A stretch of DNA of 64,000 nt from an uncultured Eubacteriales bacterium (GCA_902492005.1 CABUJV010000003.1:1746-65745), one strand, 5' to 3'; shown: positions 6,926 through 19,170, counted from the first letter of the stretch. The notes: generated by a model not told the origin, from the letters alone. Made by a program: numbers and translations.

Positions 6926-8245
6926 GCCATCCGGCTCCGCCAGCTTGGCGTTGTTTCTGGCCGGGATCAGGCACTGGGTGAAGCCCAGCCGCCGCACCTC
7001 AGACAGCCGCTGGTTCAAAGCGCTTACCGAGCGCAGTTCTCCGGTCAGCCCCACCTCGCCGATTGCGGCCAGGCTGCCGGGCACAGGCCTGTCCCTGAAA
7101 CTGGAAGCCATTGCGATCACGGCTGCCAGGTCGGCAGCAGGCTCGTCCAAATAGAGTCCGCCAATGACATTCAAATAGGCGTCGCAGCCGCTGACCATCA
7201 GTCCTCCCCGCTTCTCCAGGACCGCCAGCAGAAGCATGGCGCGGTTATAATCAAATCCATTGCTGGTCCTCCGTGCGTTTCCATATCCGCTGGGCGCCAA
7301 AAGGGCCTGCACCTCAGCCAAAACCGGACGGACGCCCTCCATGACACAGGTTACGCAGGTTCCCGGCGCATCTTTCGGCCTGCCGGACAGCAGCACTTCA
7401 GAGGGATTTGGGACCTCTGCCAAGCCGCTGTCCCCCATCTCAAATACGCCGATCTCATTGGTAGCACCAAACCGATTTTTAGCCGCCCGCAAAATACGAT
7501 AGGACATGTGGGGCTCCCCTTCAAAGTACAGCACACAATCCACCATATGCTCCAGTACCTTGGGACCCGCGATGGAGCCTTCTTTGTTCACGTGGCCGAT
7601 CACGAACACGGTAACGCCCTGTCCTTTCGCCAACTGCATCAGCGCCATGGTGCAGTCCTTGACCTGTCCGACGCTGCCCGGCGAGGCCTGCAGCTCCCCA
7701 TTGTACATGGTCTGGATCGAATCCACGATAAGAACGTCCGGCTTTTGCTCCTGCACCGACTCCAGGATGTCCTCCAGGCTGGTCTCTGCCAGCAGATAGA
7801 GGCCTTCACTGCGGATATGAAGGCGCTCCGCCCTCAGCTTGATCTGGCGCTCTGACTCCTCGCCCGATACATACAAGACCCTGGCAAAGCGGCAGAGGTT
7901 GTCGCAGATCTGCAGCATCAGGGTGGACTTTCCAATACCGGGCGCACCGCCCACCAGCACCAGCGAGCCCTGCACCGCCCCGCCGCCCAGGACGCGGTCC
8001 AGTTCGGAAAGCCCGGTCTCAAACCGCAGCTCGTCGGTGGTTTCCACCTCCGCCATCGGCTTGGGGCGGTTCAACGGTATCCCGCGGATGCCGCCCCCCT
8101 GCTGTCTGGCCGGCGTCTTTTTCCTGGGTTCAGCGGGCTGCTCCACAATGGTATTCCAGCTTCCGCAGGCCGGACATTTCCCCGCCCATTTCGGCGTTTC
8201 ATTTCCACACTGCGTACAGTAGAAAATTGTTTTAGCTTTTGGCAT
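6872..8245 (-). CDS. radA: DNA repair protein RadA/Sms
   Basis: C4 zinc finger, GAPGIGKST, KNRFG. Confidence 0.97.
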   Translation of the reverse strand: MPKAKTIFYCTQCGNETPKWAGKCPACGSWNTIVEQPAEPRKKTPARQQGGGIRGIPLNRPKPMAEVETTDELRFETGLSELDRVLGGGAVQGSLVLVGGAPGIGKSTLMLQICDNLCRFARVLYVSGEESERQIKLRAERLHIRSEGLYLLAETSLEDILESVQEQKPDVLIVDSIQTMYNGELQASPGSVGQVKDCTMALMQLAKGQGVTVFVIGHVNKEGSIAGPKVLEHMVDCVLYFEGEPHMSYRILRAAKNRFGATNEIGVFEMGDSGLAEVPNPSEVLLSGRPKDAPGTCVTCVMEGVRPVLAEVQALLAPSGYGNARRTSNGFDYNRAMLLLAVLEKRGGLMVSGCDAYLNVIGGLYLDEPAADLAAVIAMASSFRDRPVPGSLAAIGEVGLTGELRSVSALNQRLSEVRRLGFTQCLIPARNNAKLAEPDGLQLIRVRNIREALSAVL

Positions 8246-8270
8246 AGGAGTCTTCCCTTCCCAAAGGCCT

Positions 8271-9026
8271 TCAGGCCTCTTCGCTTATCCCGGCCGTCTC
8301 TTCTGGATCAAATCCCAAATAGGCCCCCGCCAATGCTGCGGCGATCTTTGTCTGGTACCCGCTGGTCTGCAGCAGGGCATCCTCCGACGGATTGGACAAA
8401 AAACCGCATTCCACAAGAATCGCCCGGCAGGAGATGTGGCTCATCAGATAAACGGAATCCGGGATTTTCGTGGCCTGACGGCTGTTTTCTGGATCCAGCG
8501 CCTGGCGCAGGACCTCCTGCGTATACTGAGCCAGCGGCAGGCTTAAGGGACCATTGGTGTAAAATACCTGCGCACCATGGTATCTGGAGCTACCGTCATA
8601 GGTATTCTGGTGGATGCTGATCAGCGTTGCATTCGGCGTAGCCTCGATTCTCGCCACCCGGTTATGCAGATCGGACACCTTTTTTTCCCGCAGCGTGGAG
8701 GCGCTGCCGTCGTGCAGGGAGACATCCTCTGTACGCAGCATCACTACATTGGCCCCAAACAGGCCCAAAATATGGTCCAGGCGGGTGGCGATGGCCAGAT
8801 TCACATGGCTCTCCGCGTTCCCCGCCTTGGAGACCGCTCCCCCGTCCTCGCCGCCATGGCCTGCGTCAATGACCACCGTCTCCGTCCCAAAGCGCTGCGG
8901 ATGGGCCATCGTCGGTACTGCCCGGCCAGGCCACAGGAACAAATAATAGCCGGTGCTGACGGCCAGAGCGAGTACGAGCAGGATTGCCAAACCTCTCTGC
9001 ATGCTGTCGTTTTTCAACACGGACAC
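8271..9026 (-). CDS. cwlD: N-acetylmuramoyl-L-alanine amidase, CwlD-like
   Basis: VIDAGHGGEDGGA, ISIHQN, VECGFLSN; N-terminal TM segment; SigE-like promoter. Confidence 0.75.
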   Translation of the reverse strand: MSVLKNDSMQRGLAILLVLALAVSTGYYLFLWPGRAVPTMAHPQRFGTETVVIDAGHGGEDGGAVSKAGNAESHVNLAIATRLDHILGLFGANVVMLRTEDVSLHDGSASTLREKKVSDLHNRVARIEATPNATLISIHQNTYDGSSRYHGAQVFYTNGPLSLPLAQYTQEVLRQALDPENSRQATKIPDSVYLMSHISCRAILVECGFLSNPSEDALLQTSGYQTKIAAALAGAYLGFDPEETAGISEEA

Positions 9027-9206
9027 CCCCTCTCAGCACTTTATGAGGCTGTCCCCGTCAATATGTTATCGGAATGATTATAACATACATTTGTACGATT
9101 GAAAAGGGCGTTCCACTTCGGCCCCTGTCGCATAAGATAGAACGGAGGGGATTCCCGCCGCGGTACGGCAGGCCCTCTCTCAATACCATCGAAGGAGGAA
9201 CATCAC

Positions 9207-9662
9207 TTGAATCCGGAAAACGGAACGATGCCCGCCTGCGGCGACAACTGCGGTACCTTGCCGGCGTGCGCGCCTCTAGCGGTTCCCTATGTACCCTTTC
9301 AGCAGTCCAATCCCAAGCGTTACTCGCAGAGCGACGCGCTCAACAACGGTACGCTTTACCCGGCTCTGAACCTGCCCTTCCACATCAAGGCTACCGCCGC
9401 CAGCGTGCCTGTGACTCCGCTGACGGAGCTTCAGGCTCTGGAGTTCGTGAACCAGGAGCTGGCGCTCTATCTGGATACTCATCCCAGCGATGCGGAGGCC
9501 TTTGAACTTTTCCGTCAGTACACTGCAATGGAACAGGAGGCCAGAGCCGCCTATGTGGCCAACCACGGCCCTGTATTCCGCAGTGAAACGGCTGAGAGCA
9601 AAACCTACACCTGGCTCAATGACCCTTGGCCCTGGAACTTCCAGGAAGGAGGTATGAAATAA
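9207..9662 (+). CDS. cotJB: Spore coat protein CotJA-CotJB fusion
   Basis: LAVPYVPFQ..GTLYPALNLPF (CotJA-like) followed by LYLDTHP..WLNDPWPW (CotJB). Confidence 0.85.
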   Translation: MNPENGTMPACGDNCGTLPACAPLAVPYVPFQQSNPKRYSQSDALNNGTLYPALNLPFHIKATAASVPVTPLTELQALEFVNQELALYLDTHPSDAEAFELFRQYTAMEQEARAAYVANHGPVFRSETAESKTYTWLNDPWPWNFQEGGMK

Positions 9663-10259
9663 ATGTTCTCCTATGAAAAGAAACTCCAGTACCCGGTGAA
9701 GATCAAGACTCCCAACCCGAAGCTGGCCTCTGTAATCATCTCCCAGTATGGTGGGCCAGACGGAGAATTGGGCGCGTCCCTGCGCTATCTGAGCCAGCGG
9801 TACGCCATGCCCTATCCGGAGCTGAAGGGCCTACTGACCGACATCGGCACCGAGGAGCTGGGCCATCTGGAGATGATCGGTGCGCTGGTTCACCAGCTCA
9901 CCCGAAACCTGAATGACAACGATGTACGGATCGCCGAATTTGCCCCTTATTTCGTGGACCATACTACCGGCGTATACCCCACCGCGGCCTCCGGCTTCCC
10001 CTGGAGCGCAGCCTCTATTGGGGTCAAGGGCGATGTGATTGGGGACCTGACGGAAGACATGGCAGCCGAGCAAAAAGCGCGTATTACCTACGACAATATT
10101 CTGCGTCTCTCTGATGACCCCGACGTCAACGACGTCATCCGCTTCCTCCGTGAACGGGAGGTAGTCCATTTCCAGCGCTTCGGCGAGGCGGTGCGCCTGG
10201 CCAAGGAAAAGATGGACCAAAAGAACGTCTATTTTGTCAATCCGGCTTTCGACAAGTAA
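9663..10259 (+). CDS. cotJC: Manganese catalase family spore coat protein CotJC
   Basis: QYGGPDGELGA, DIGTEELGHLE, REREVVHFQRF. Confidence 0.92.
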   Translation: MFSYEKKLQYPVKIKTPNPKLASVIISQYGGPDGELGASLRYLSQRYAMPYPELKGLLTDIGTEELGHLEMIGALVHQLTRNLNDNDVRIAEFAPYFVDHTTGVYPTAASGFPWSAASIGVKGDVIGDLTEDMAAEQKARITYDNILRLSDDPDVNDVIRFLREREVVHFQRFGEAVRLAKEKMDQKNVYFVNPAFDK

Positions 10260-10327
10260 GGCCTCTCTGCGCATAGATGCAGCCCAGGACCAGCGGTCCT
10301 GGGCTGCATGTCCGCTATGTAAGTGAT

Positions 10328-11692
10328 CTATCTCTGCTCGCCGCAGCCAGTGCAGCCGTGGGAGCAGGCCCACAGTTGATCCGCCGTCACCTTCCAGCGC
10401 TCCGATGCGTCCTTGCACTTATCGCACAAGTCGTGGACGTCCTCCGGGTGGACCATATCCGTGGATTGGGCCCCGCTTTGATCCACCATATCCGCCAGCC
10501 GGCCGTAGTTATCCAACAGCGGGCAGGGGCGCAGATAGTTGTCGCTGAACGGCTGATTCTGGCGGTACGCCATAAACAGCGGGGACTGATAAGCCTCCAG
10601 CAGCGTCTTATTGTGGATGTTGGAGTCCGAGTAGTGGACGAACGCACAGGGCTCAATGTCTCCGTTGGCGTTGATGTGGCAGTAATGCCGGCCGCCGGCA
10701 ATACAGCCCGACACATACTCGCCGTCGTTCCAGAAGTCCAGGGTGAAAATCGGCTTGGTCTCGCGGAACTTACGAATCTGGTGGTACATGAACTCGCGCT
10801 GTTCAGCCGTGACCATCAGCTCCGGCACTGCATCGGTACCCACCGGCATATAGGTAAAAAACCAGGCGAACTTGACGCCCCATTCTACCATCTTATCAAA
10901 GTATTCCTCGCTGCCGATGACGTCGGTATTGGTCCTCGTGTAGCAGCAGGAGACGCCGAAGGGCAGCTTTTTCCGCTTTAGGATTTCCATCGCCCTCATA
11001 ACAGCCTGGAACGTACCCTGTCCCCGGCGGGAATCGGTGGCCTCCTCAAAGCCCTCCACGCTGATGGCGGGAACAAAATTCCTTACCCGCAGCATTTCAT
11101 CGGCAAACGCCTCGTCAATGAGCGTCGCATTGGTGAAGGACAAAAACACACAGTCCGGATGGCGCTCGCACAGCGTGATGATGTCCTTCTTCCGCACCAG
11201 AGGCTCTCCCCCGGTGTAAAGATACATATAGGTGCCCAGCTCCGTACCCTGCTTTACAATGGAATCCAGTGTTTCCAGGTCCATGTTCATCCGGTTGCCG
11301 TACTCCGCCGCCCAGCAGCCGGTACAATGGAGGTTGCACGCGGAGGTCGGGTCCATCAGGATGGCCCACGGGATATTGCAGCCGTACTTCTCACTGTTCT
11401 GGATCTGCTTGGGATAGCCCAGCAGACTGGCATTCACGACGAAGTTCTCAAACAGGGTCCTGCGCACTCCGTCGTCAATGTCCGTCCAGAGGCTCTTGAT
11501 CAGCTGATACCAATTGCTCTCAGGGTCCTCGATCACCTTGCGGAACTGTTTCCGCGCGGGCCCGTAGACATTTTTCGTGTCCAACTGGTCCGCCCAATCG
11601 ATCAGCTTGGGAAGATTGCGATCTGGGTCCTTATCCAGGTAGCCATACACCATGGACATGCCCGTCTTTTTGAGTTGATCCATCAAACCCAT
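10328..11692 (-). CDS. Radical SAM protein with SPASM/twitch domain
   Basis: CNLHCTGC, TGGEPL, GCIAGG..GDIEPC. Confidence 0.9.
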   Translation of the reverse strand: MGLMDQLKKTGMSMVYGYLDKDPDRNLPKLIDWADQLDTKNVYGPARKQFRKVIEDPESNWYQLIKSLWTDIDDGVRRTLFENFVVNASLLGYPKQIQNSEKYGCNIPWAILMDPTSACNLHCTGCWAAEYGNRMNMDLETLDSIVKQGTELGTYMYLYTGGEPLVRKKDIITLCERHPDCVFLSFTNATLIDEAFADEMLRVRNFVPAISVEGFEEATDSRRGQGTFQAVMRAMEILKRKKLPFGVSCCYTRTNTDVIGSEEYFDKMVEWGVKFAWFFTYMPVGTDAVPELMVTAEQREFMYHQIRKFRETKPIFTLDFWNDGEYVSGCIAGGRHYCHINANGDIEPCAFVHYSDSNIHNKTLLEAYQSPLFMAYRQNQPFSDNYLRPCPLLDNYGRLADMVDQSGAQSTDMVHPEDVHDLCDKCKDASERWKVTADQLWACSHGCTGCGEQR

Positions 11693-11841
11693 ACAGCCAT
11701 CACTCCTTCTCTCTCAATGCGGAAACTCTCTTTATCTGTATGGCGTCTAGGGTCAGTATAGCACCTTCCGCCCGGCCGGGCTATGGACAAAAAAGAAAAA
11801 ATGTCACAAGCGGGCTCCGGATGGCTCAATAAATTGTGTTT

Positions 11842-13824
<1,983 letters not shown>

Positions 13825-14053
13825 TCAGGGATCCTCCCATTTTTTGCATCGAAATTGGGCGGTAAAGCGTGGAGCCTGCCGCCGCAGGAGCAGGAATGCC
13901 CAATAGCCGCACAGTGCGCCCAAACTATTCAGGATGAGGTCGTTGATATCGCTGCTCCGTCCCACAAAAAGCTGCGTGATCTCCACAAAAAGGGTGGAGC
14001 CCGTAGTCCCAGATGTTTTCCAGATACCACAGCATCTTTTGGATGGGATTCAT
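13825..14053 (-). pseudogene. VanZ-family membrane protein remnant (internal deletion, frameshift)
   Basis: ATG at 14053 is out of frame with FVEITQLFVGRSSDINDLILNSLG.., whose stop abuts the ligA ATG. Confidence 0.65.
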
Positions 14054-14074
14054 GGTTCCTCGGTCCCTTCTCTC

Positions 14075-14752
14075 TCAGGCCCCTCCCCATTGCAGGACGG
14101 TATCCGGCACTGCCCCTACGATCACCGTTTCGGCCACCGGGATCTGGGCTCCGATCTCGGCATTCAGCGTGCTGCCCGGCAGGAGAATCTCCACCGCTAC
14201 GGTCACATCCAGCAGGATCTGATGCCGGGTCTGATTGATCCCGGCATCGGAAAGGCTGTTTTCAAACTCCGCATGGGCCGTCCCCACCGCGACCACCTCC
14301 ACCGGCAGCTCCACGCCCTTGCCAGACAAGAGATTGATGCCGGTCAGGTTCCCCGCCGGTATGGCCAGTTCCGCCCGGCTCAGGCTGTCCACCGCTTCAA
14401 CGGCGATGCCCAATATTCCGGTCCTCAGCGCGTTGAGGGCAGCCATATCACTGGTCAGAGCGGTAATGCGCCCATTTTCGTCCTTTTCGATCCGGATAAA
14501 ATCCGGATAGCCCAGCCCCTGTTCGGCCACATAGTCGGATATGGCCCCGTCCAGTGTGCGGGTGACCACATTGGAAACCTTGGCCCTGGCCGCAGCCTCC
14601 AAAATCGGGCGCAGCCGCAGATCCACTGCCCAGATGAACAGCAGTGCCAGCCCGATCCCCAGGACGGCACTCCACAGAAGGCCCTGGTGCTTTCCTCCCC
14701 TCCGGGGCCGCCGCCGGGGCGGCCGCCGTGCCCAAGCGTACCTCAGATGCAT
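14075..14752 (-). CDS. yunB: Sporulation protein YunB
   Basis: IPAGNLTG, DAGINQTRHQI, PVAETVIVGAVP. Confidence 0.9.
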   Translation of the reverse strand: MHLRYAWARRPPRRRPRRGGKHQGLLWSAVLGIGLALLFIWAVDLRLRPILEAAARAKVSNVVTRTLDGAISDYVAEQGLGYPDFIRIEKDENGRITALTSDMAALNALRTGILGIAVEAVDSLSRAELAIPAGNLTGINLLSGKGVELPVEVVAVGTAHAEFENSLSDAGINQTRHQILLDVTVAVEILLPGSTLNAEIGAQIPVAETVIVGAVPDTVLQWGGA

Positions 14753-14797
14753 CAGAGGTCACCCCCTTCTGCAAGCCTATGCGGCGGGCCGCTTGAC

Positions 14798-16051
14798 CTA
14801 TTCCCCTTTCAGCAGCTCCTCCACCGCCAGGAGCACGCCCGCCTTTCCCGACTCATAGGTCAGTCCGCCCTGGAGATAGACCGTGTAGGGCTCCCGCATG
14901 GGGGCATCGGCGGAGAGCTCGATGGAAGCCCCCTGAATAAAGGCCCCCGCAGCCATAATGACTTGACAGTCATAGCCGGGCATATCCCAGGGCTCCGGGG
15001 TCACATAGGAATCCACGGGGGCTCCCTTCTGTATCCCGCGGCAGAAGCGTTTCACCTTCTCCGGTTCTCCAAAGTGGATCATTTGAATGATATCGTGCCG
15101 GACCGCATCCGATGCCGGTTCGGCGCGATAGCCCAGCAGCTCCATCATTCTGGCGCCGAATACGGCGGTCTTCACCGCCTGGGCCACTGTATGAGGGGCA
15201 AGGAAAAGCCCTTGATAGAGCAGGCGGCTGCTGCCCAGCGTAGAGCCGCACTCCCGGCCGATGCCGGGCGTAGTCAGCCGCATGGCGGCGGCTTCCACCA
15301 GGTCTCGCCGCCCCGCGACGTAACCGCCGGTGGGGGCCAGCCCGCCGCCGGGGTTCTTGATGAGAGAACCCACCACCAGGTCCGCCCCCACATGGGTGGG
15401 CTCCCGGGTCTCTACAAACTCACCGTAGCAGTTGTCAACCAGGATACGGACCTCCGGCCGAACCTGGCGGATCGCCGTACACAGGGCCTCAATCTGGTCC
15501 ACAGAGAGGGACGCCCGGGTGGCGTAGCCTCTGGAGCGCTGGATCAGCACCGCCTTGACACCGGGCTCGGCCACGGCCGCTCGAATGCCTTCCACGTCCG
15601 GCTGGTCGTCGGCCGTCACATCCACCTGGCGGTAGCCAATCCCGTATTCCCTCAGAGAGCCGGGGCCCTTGTCCGATACGCCGATCACGCCCAAAAGGGT
15701 GTCATAGGGCGCTCCCACCGCCGATACCAGAGTGTCGCCGGGCTTCAAAGCCCCGAACAGGGCGCAGGAGATGGCATGGGTCCCATTGACAAAGCCGATG
15801 CGGACCAGAGCGTCCTCGGTGCCAAACAGATCGGCATAGATGGCATCCAGCTGGTCCCGGCCCATGTCGTCGTAGCCATAGCCGGTGGTGCCGGCAAAGT
15901 AGCTCTCGGTCACGCGGTGCTTTTGAAATGCGGTCAGGACCCGCTCCGTGTTTTCCGCCGCAATGGCGTCGATGCGGGAGAACTGCTCCGTCAGGCCCCG
16001 CTCCGCCTGGGCGCCAAGCGCCCGGACACGCTCGCTTAATTGTAAAGTCAT
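14798..16051 (-). CDS. YnbB-like methionine gamma-lyase family PLP enzyme
   Basis: TTGYGYDDMGRD, VDNCYGEF, GSLIKNPGGG. Confidence 0.9.
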   Translation of the reverse strand: MTLQLSERVRALGAQAERGLTEQFSRIDAIAAENTERVLTAFQKHRVTESYFAGTTGYGYDDMGRDQLDAIYADLFGTEDALVRIGFVNGTHAISCALFGALKPGDTLVSAVGAPYDTLLGVIGVSDKGPGSLREYGIGYRQVDVTADDQPDVEGIRAAVAEPGVKAVLIQRSRGYATRASLSVDQIEALCTAIRQVRPEVRILVDNCYGEFVETREPTHVGADLVVGSLIKNPGGGLAPTGGYVAGRRDLVEAAAMRLTTPGIGRECGSTLGSSRLLYQGLFLAPHTVAQAVKTAVFGARMMELLGYRAEPASDAVRHDIIQMIHFGEPEKVKRFCRGIQKGAPVDSYVTPEPWDMPGYDCQVIMAAGAFIQGASIELSADAPMREPYTVYLQGGLTYESGKAGVLLAVEELLKGE

Positions 16052-16091
16052 ATGACTTGCTCCACTCTGCTTTCTCTATGATCTCGTCTGC

Positions 16092-17084
16092 TCAGAGCCG
16101 GGCCTCGGCAAAAGCGGCTGTCAGCCTGGCACAGGCCTCCACGTCCCCGCGGTCCACCATCTCCACCGGGGAGTGGACGTAGCGGCAAGGGATGGAAATG
16201 CCGCCGGTGAGTACTCCCATACGGGTGGTGTGGATGGGCCCGGCATCGGTGCCGCCGCTCTTGATGACATCCATCTGTGCGGGAATGGCCCGCTCCTTTG
16301 CCAGTTCGGAGAGCTTCTGCACCATTTCGGGATGGCAGATAACGGAGCTGTCCATCACCTTGATGGCGGCTCCGCCGCCCTGGATGCTGCTGCCCCGGTG
16401 TTTAGTTCCCAGCTCGTCTCCGCTGGGGGTGACGTCCACGGCAATGCCGTAGTCCGGGTCTACGGCATAGGCCGCCGTCTTGGCCCCCCGCAGACCCAGC
16501 TCCTCCTGGGTGGTGAAGACGAAATAGAGATCGTTTTCGCTCGTCTGGAGCTGCTCCATCGCCAGCAGCAGGACCACGCAGGAGATGCGGTTGTCCATAT
16601 AGGGAGAGACCAACCGGTCTCCGGCGGCAAAGGTGGGGGTATTGTAGACTGCGGTGTCTCCGATCTGTACCATGGCCTTGGCCTCATCGGCGTCATGGGC
16701 GCCGATATCAATATAGAGGTCATCCAGGGTCATCTCCTTGGGCTCCACCCCCTCATCCAGGGAAATCAGTCCCTGTACGCCATTTTTGAACCGGACGGGG
16801 GTATGCAGGATGCTGTGGGGATGCAGGCCGCCCACCTTGCCAAAGCGGAGAAAACCCTCCTTCTCCATGTGCGTTACGATACAGCCGATGGAGTCCATAT
16901 GGGCGCAGAACAGCACGCGGGAGCCAGGCCCCTTTTTATGGCAGATCAGATTTCCCATCACGTCGGTGCTGCACTCGTCCACATAGGGGGCGGCCAATTT
17001 CTGGAGGGCGGCGGCGATCTCTCGTTCGTCGCCGGAGGGGCCGTGACAGGCATTGAGGGTCTGAAGCGTATGCAGAATATCCAT
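16092..17084 (-). CDS. M42 family metallo-aminopeptidase (third in operon)
   Basis: AHMDSIG, MDNR, QEELG, AVDVT, YVHS. Confidence 0.9.
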   Translation of the reverse strand: MDILHTLQTLNACHGPSGDEREIAAALQKLAAPYVDECSTDVMGNLICHKKGPGSRVLFCAHMDSIGCIVTHMEKEGFLRFGKVGGLHPHSILHTPVRFKNGVQGLISLDEGVEPKEMTLDDLYIDIGAHDADEAKAMVQIGDTAVYNTPTFAAGDRLVSPYMDNRISCVVLLLAMEQLQTSENDLYFVFTTQEELGLRGAKTAAYAVDPDYGIAVDVTPSGDELGTKHRGSSIQGGGAAIKVMDSSVICHPEMVQKLSELAKERAIPAQMDVIKSGGTDAGPIHTTRMGVLTGGISIPCRYVHSPVEMVDRGDVEACARLTAAFAEARL

Positions 17085-17095
17085 GATACTTCCTC

Positions 17096-18127
17096 CTACT
17101 GGTTGGACGAGGCGGCAATGGCCTCGATGAATTTCCGGGTCAGGGTATGCATGTGGTCGAAATCGCGGACCGCGGCCACACTGGATGGGGTGTGGAGGTA
17201 GCGGACCGGCGCCGATACGGCCGCCACGCGAACGCCCGCTTTGGTACGCTGGATGGCGGAGGCGTCATTTCCGCCGGAAATATAGTCTTTGGTCTGCCAG
17301 GGGATGTCGTTCTCCTGGGCCAGACGGCGAAGCAGCTCAAAGAGCTCCCGGTCATAGGCCGTACCGCCGTCCATAAAGGAGAGCACCGGCCCTTTGCCCG
17401 GCACAGCCACCCGTTTATGTGCCGCCGTACCGGGCAGATCGGCCGCCGTGGTGCCCTCCAGCACAAGCGCGATCTCCGGTGTGACCGAGAAAGCCGCGCC
17501 GAATGCCCCGCGGGTCCCCACCTCCTCCTGCGCGGAGAAGACAAAGAGGCAGTCCATGGGCAGGTCCTGCTGGATCAGCCGGAGCATGACGGCGCAGCCC
17601 ACCCGATCGTCGATGGCCTTGGCTTTCAGCATCCCGTCGCCAAACTCCACCGCATCGCTGTCAAAGGCGGCCAAATCGCCCAGGGCCACCAGCGCTTCCG
17701 CCGCTTCCCGGTCTTTGGCCCCGATGTCGATATACATGTCGTCCAGCTTGGGGATGGTCTTTTCTTCCTCGGCGGTCACCAGGTGATACGCCTTAAGGCC
17801 CACCACGCCCGGCACCTTCCTGTCTCCGATCCGGACCTTTTTCCCGATGACCACCCGCCGGTCGATCCCGCCTACTGCGGCAAACTTCAGATAGCCGTCG
17901 TCCGTGATGTCGTTGACGATGAAGCCCACCTCATCCATATGGGCGGTGAGCATCAGCTTGCTGCCGGCGGCCCGTTCCCCTTTCTTGAAGACGATCAGGT
18001 TGCCCATCACGTCGGTCCGGATCTGATCGGCGTAGGGCTCCGCCTTGGCCCGGATGAACGCCCGGACCTCGTCTTCCGCGCTGGAGACGCCGTCCAGGCA
18101 GCACAGCTCCTTGATCAGGCTCAGCAC
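17096..18127 (-). CDS. M42 family metallo-aminopeptidase (second in operon)
   Basis: AHMDEVG, IDDR, QEEVG, YLHT. Confidence 0.9.
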   Translation of the reverse strand: MLSLIKELCCLDGVSSAEDEVRAFIRAKAEPYADQIRTDVMGNLIVFKKGERAAGSKLMLTAHMDEVGFIVNDITDDGYLKFAAVGGIDRRVVIGKKVRIGDRKVPGVVGLKAYHLVTAEEEKTIPKLDDMYIDIGAKDREAAEALVALGDLAAFDSDAVEFGDGMLKAKAIDDRVGCAVMLRLIQQDLPMDCLFVFSAQEEVGTRGAFGAAFSVTPEIALVLEGTTAADLPGTAAHKRVAVPGKGPVLSFMDGGTAYDRELFELLRRLAQENDIPWQTKDYISGGNDASAIQRTKAGVRVAAVSAPVRYLHTPSSVAAVRDFDHMHTLTRKFIEAIAASSNQ

Positions 18128-19170
18128 AGCTCCCCCACCTCCTTACCCAGGTTTTCCGTAAAGGCGGCCAACAGAGCCGCCACATGCTCGATGTCCTGAA
18201 TGTCCAGCACCTCGATGGGACTGTGCATATACTTCAGGGGCAGGGAGACCACTGAGGTGGCCACCCCCTCCCGCGTAACCTGCATGCCCCAGCCGTTGGT
18301 TCCGGTGTGGCCCTCCATGACTTCCGGCTGATAGGGGATGGCGTGGGCCTTGGCCTTCTTTATCATGCGCTGCGTCATCCAGCGGGTCATATTGGGGCCG
18401 ATGCCGATCTGCGGCCCGCCCCCGATGGAGCTGCGGCGATGGAGGTTGGCGTCCGGCGTCTTGCCGTGCGTCACGTCCACCGCCACACAGAAGTCCGGGT
18501 TGATGCCATAGGTTCCCACCTTGGCGCCCGCGCCGCTGACCTCCTCCCGGGTGCTGCCCATAATATAGAGATCCACATCCAGCGGCTTGTCCTTCAGCAG
18601 CTCGGCCGCCCGCAGCAATGTAACGAAGCAGGAGCGGTCGTCCATAGACTTGCCGCAGAGCTTGTCCCCGTCCAGAGCGAAGCAGCCGCCGCGAAAGACC
18701 ATCGGGGTGCCGATGGGAATGGCCGCCTCCGCCTGCTCCTGGCTCATACCGACATCGACGCGCAGGTCGTCCATGGGGATGGTTTTTTTCATATCCTCCG
18801 CCCGGAGCACATGGGGCGGCAGGCAGGCCACAACGCCCAGAACAGGAGGCTGCGTCATCACCGTGAGCTCCCGGTCGGGCAGCATCCTGGGGTCTACCCC
18901 GCCGATGGTGCGGAAGCGGAGAAAGCCCTCCTCAATGCCGGTGACGATAAGACCGATCTCATCCAGGTGGGCGTCCAACAGCAGCTTCTTCGCCCCCGGC
19001 CTGCCGCACAGGCGCACACCGATGGCATTGCCGAAGCGGTCGACCGCCGCCTCATCCACATAGGGGCGCATCAGCTCCACGGCCTGCTCCGCCACCGCCC
19101 GTTCAAAGCCGGAGGGGCCCGCCATGGAACACAGGGTATCCAGTGTCTTTCGAATGTCCAATGAATTCAC
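18121..19170 (-). CDS. M42 family metallo-aminopeptidase (first in operon)
   Basis: AHLDEIG, MDDR, REEVS, AVDVT, YMHS. Confidence 0.9.
   Translation of the reverse strand: MNSLDIRKTLDTLCSMAGPSGFERAVAEQAVELMRPYVDEAAVDRFGNAIGVRLCGRPGAKKLLLDAHLDEIGLIVTGIEEGFLRFRTIGGVDPRMLPDRELTVMTQPPVLGVVACLPPHVLRAEDMKKTIPMDDLRVDVGMSQEQAEAAIPIGTPMVFRGGCFALDGDKLCGKSMDDRSCFVTLLRAAELLKDKPLDVDLYIMGSTREEVSGAGAKVGTYGINPDFCVAVDVTHGKTPDANLHRRSSIGGGPQIGIGPNMTRWMTQRMIKKAKAHAIPYQPEVMEGHTGTNGWGMQVTREGVATSVVSLPLKYMHSPIEVLDIQDIEHVAALLAAFTENLGKEVGELC

Noticed and set aside
13934..16039. 701-aa plus-strand ORF and other long antisense ORFs (e.g. 32774-34516, 26973-28655, 43981-45606)
   Set aside because: Shadow frames opposite well-supported genes in high-GC DNA; no recognisable motifs.
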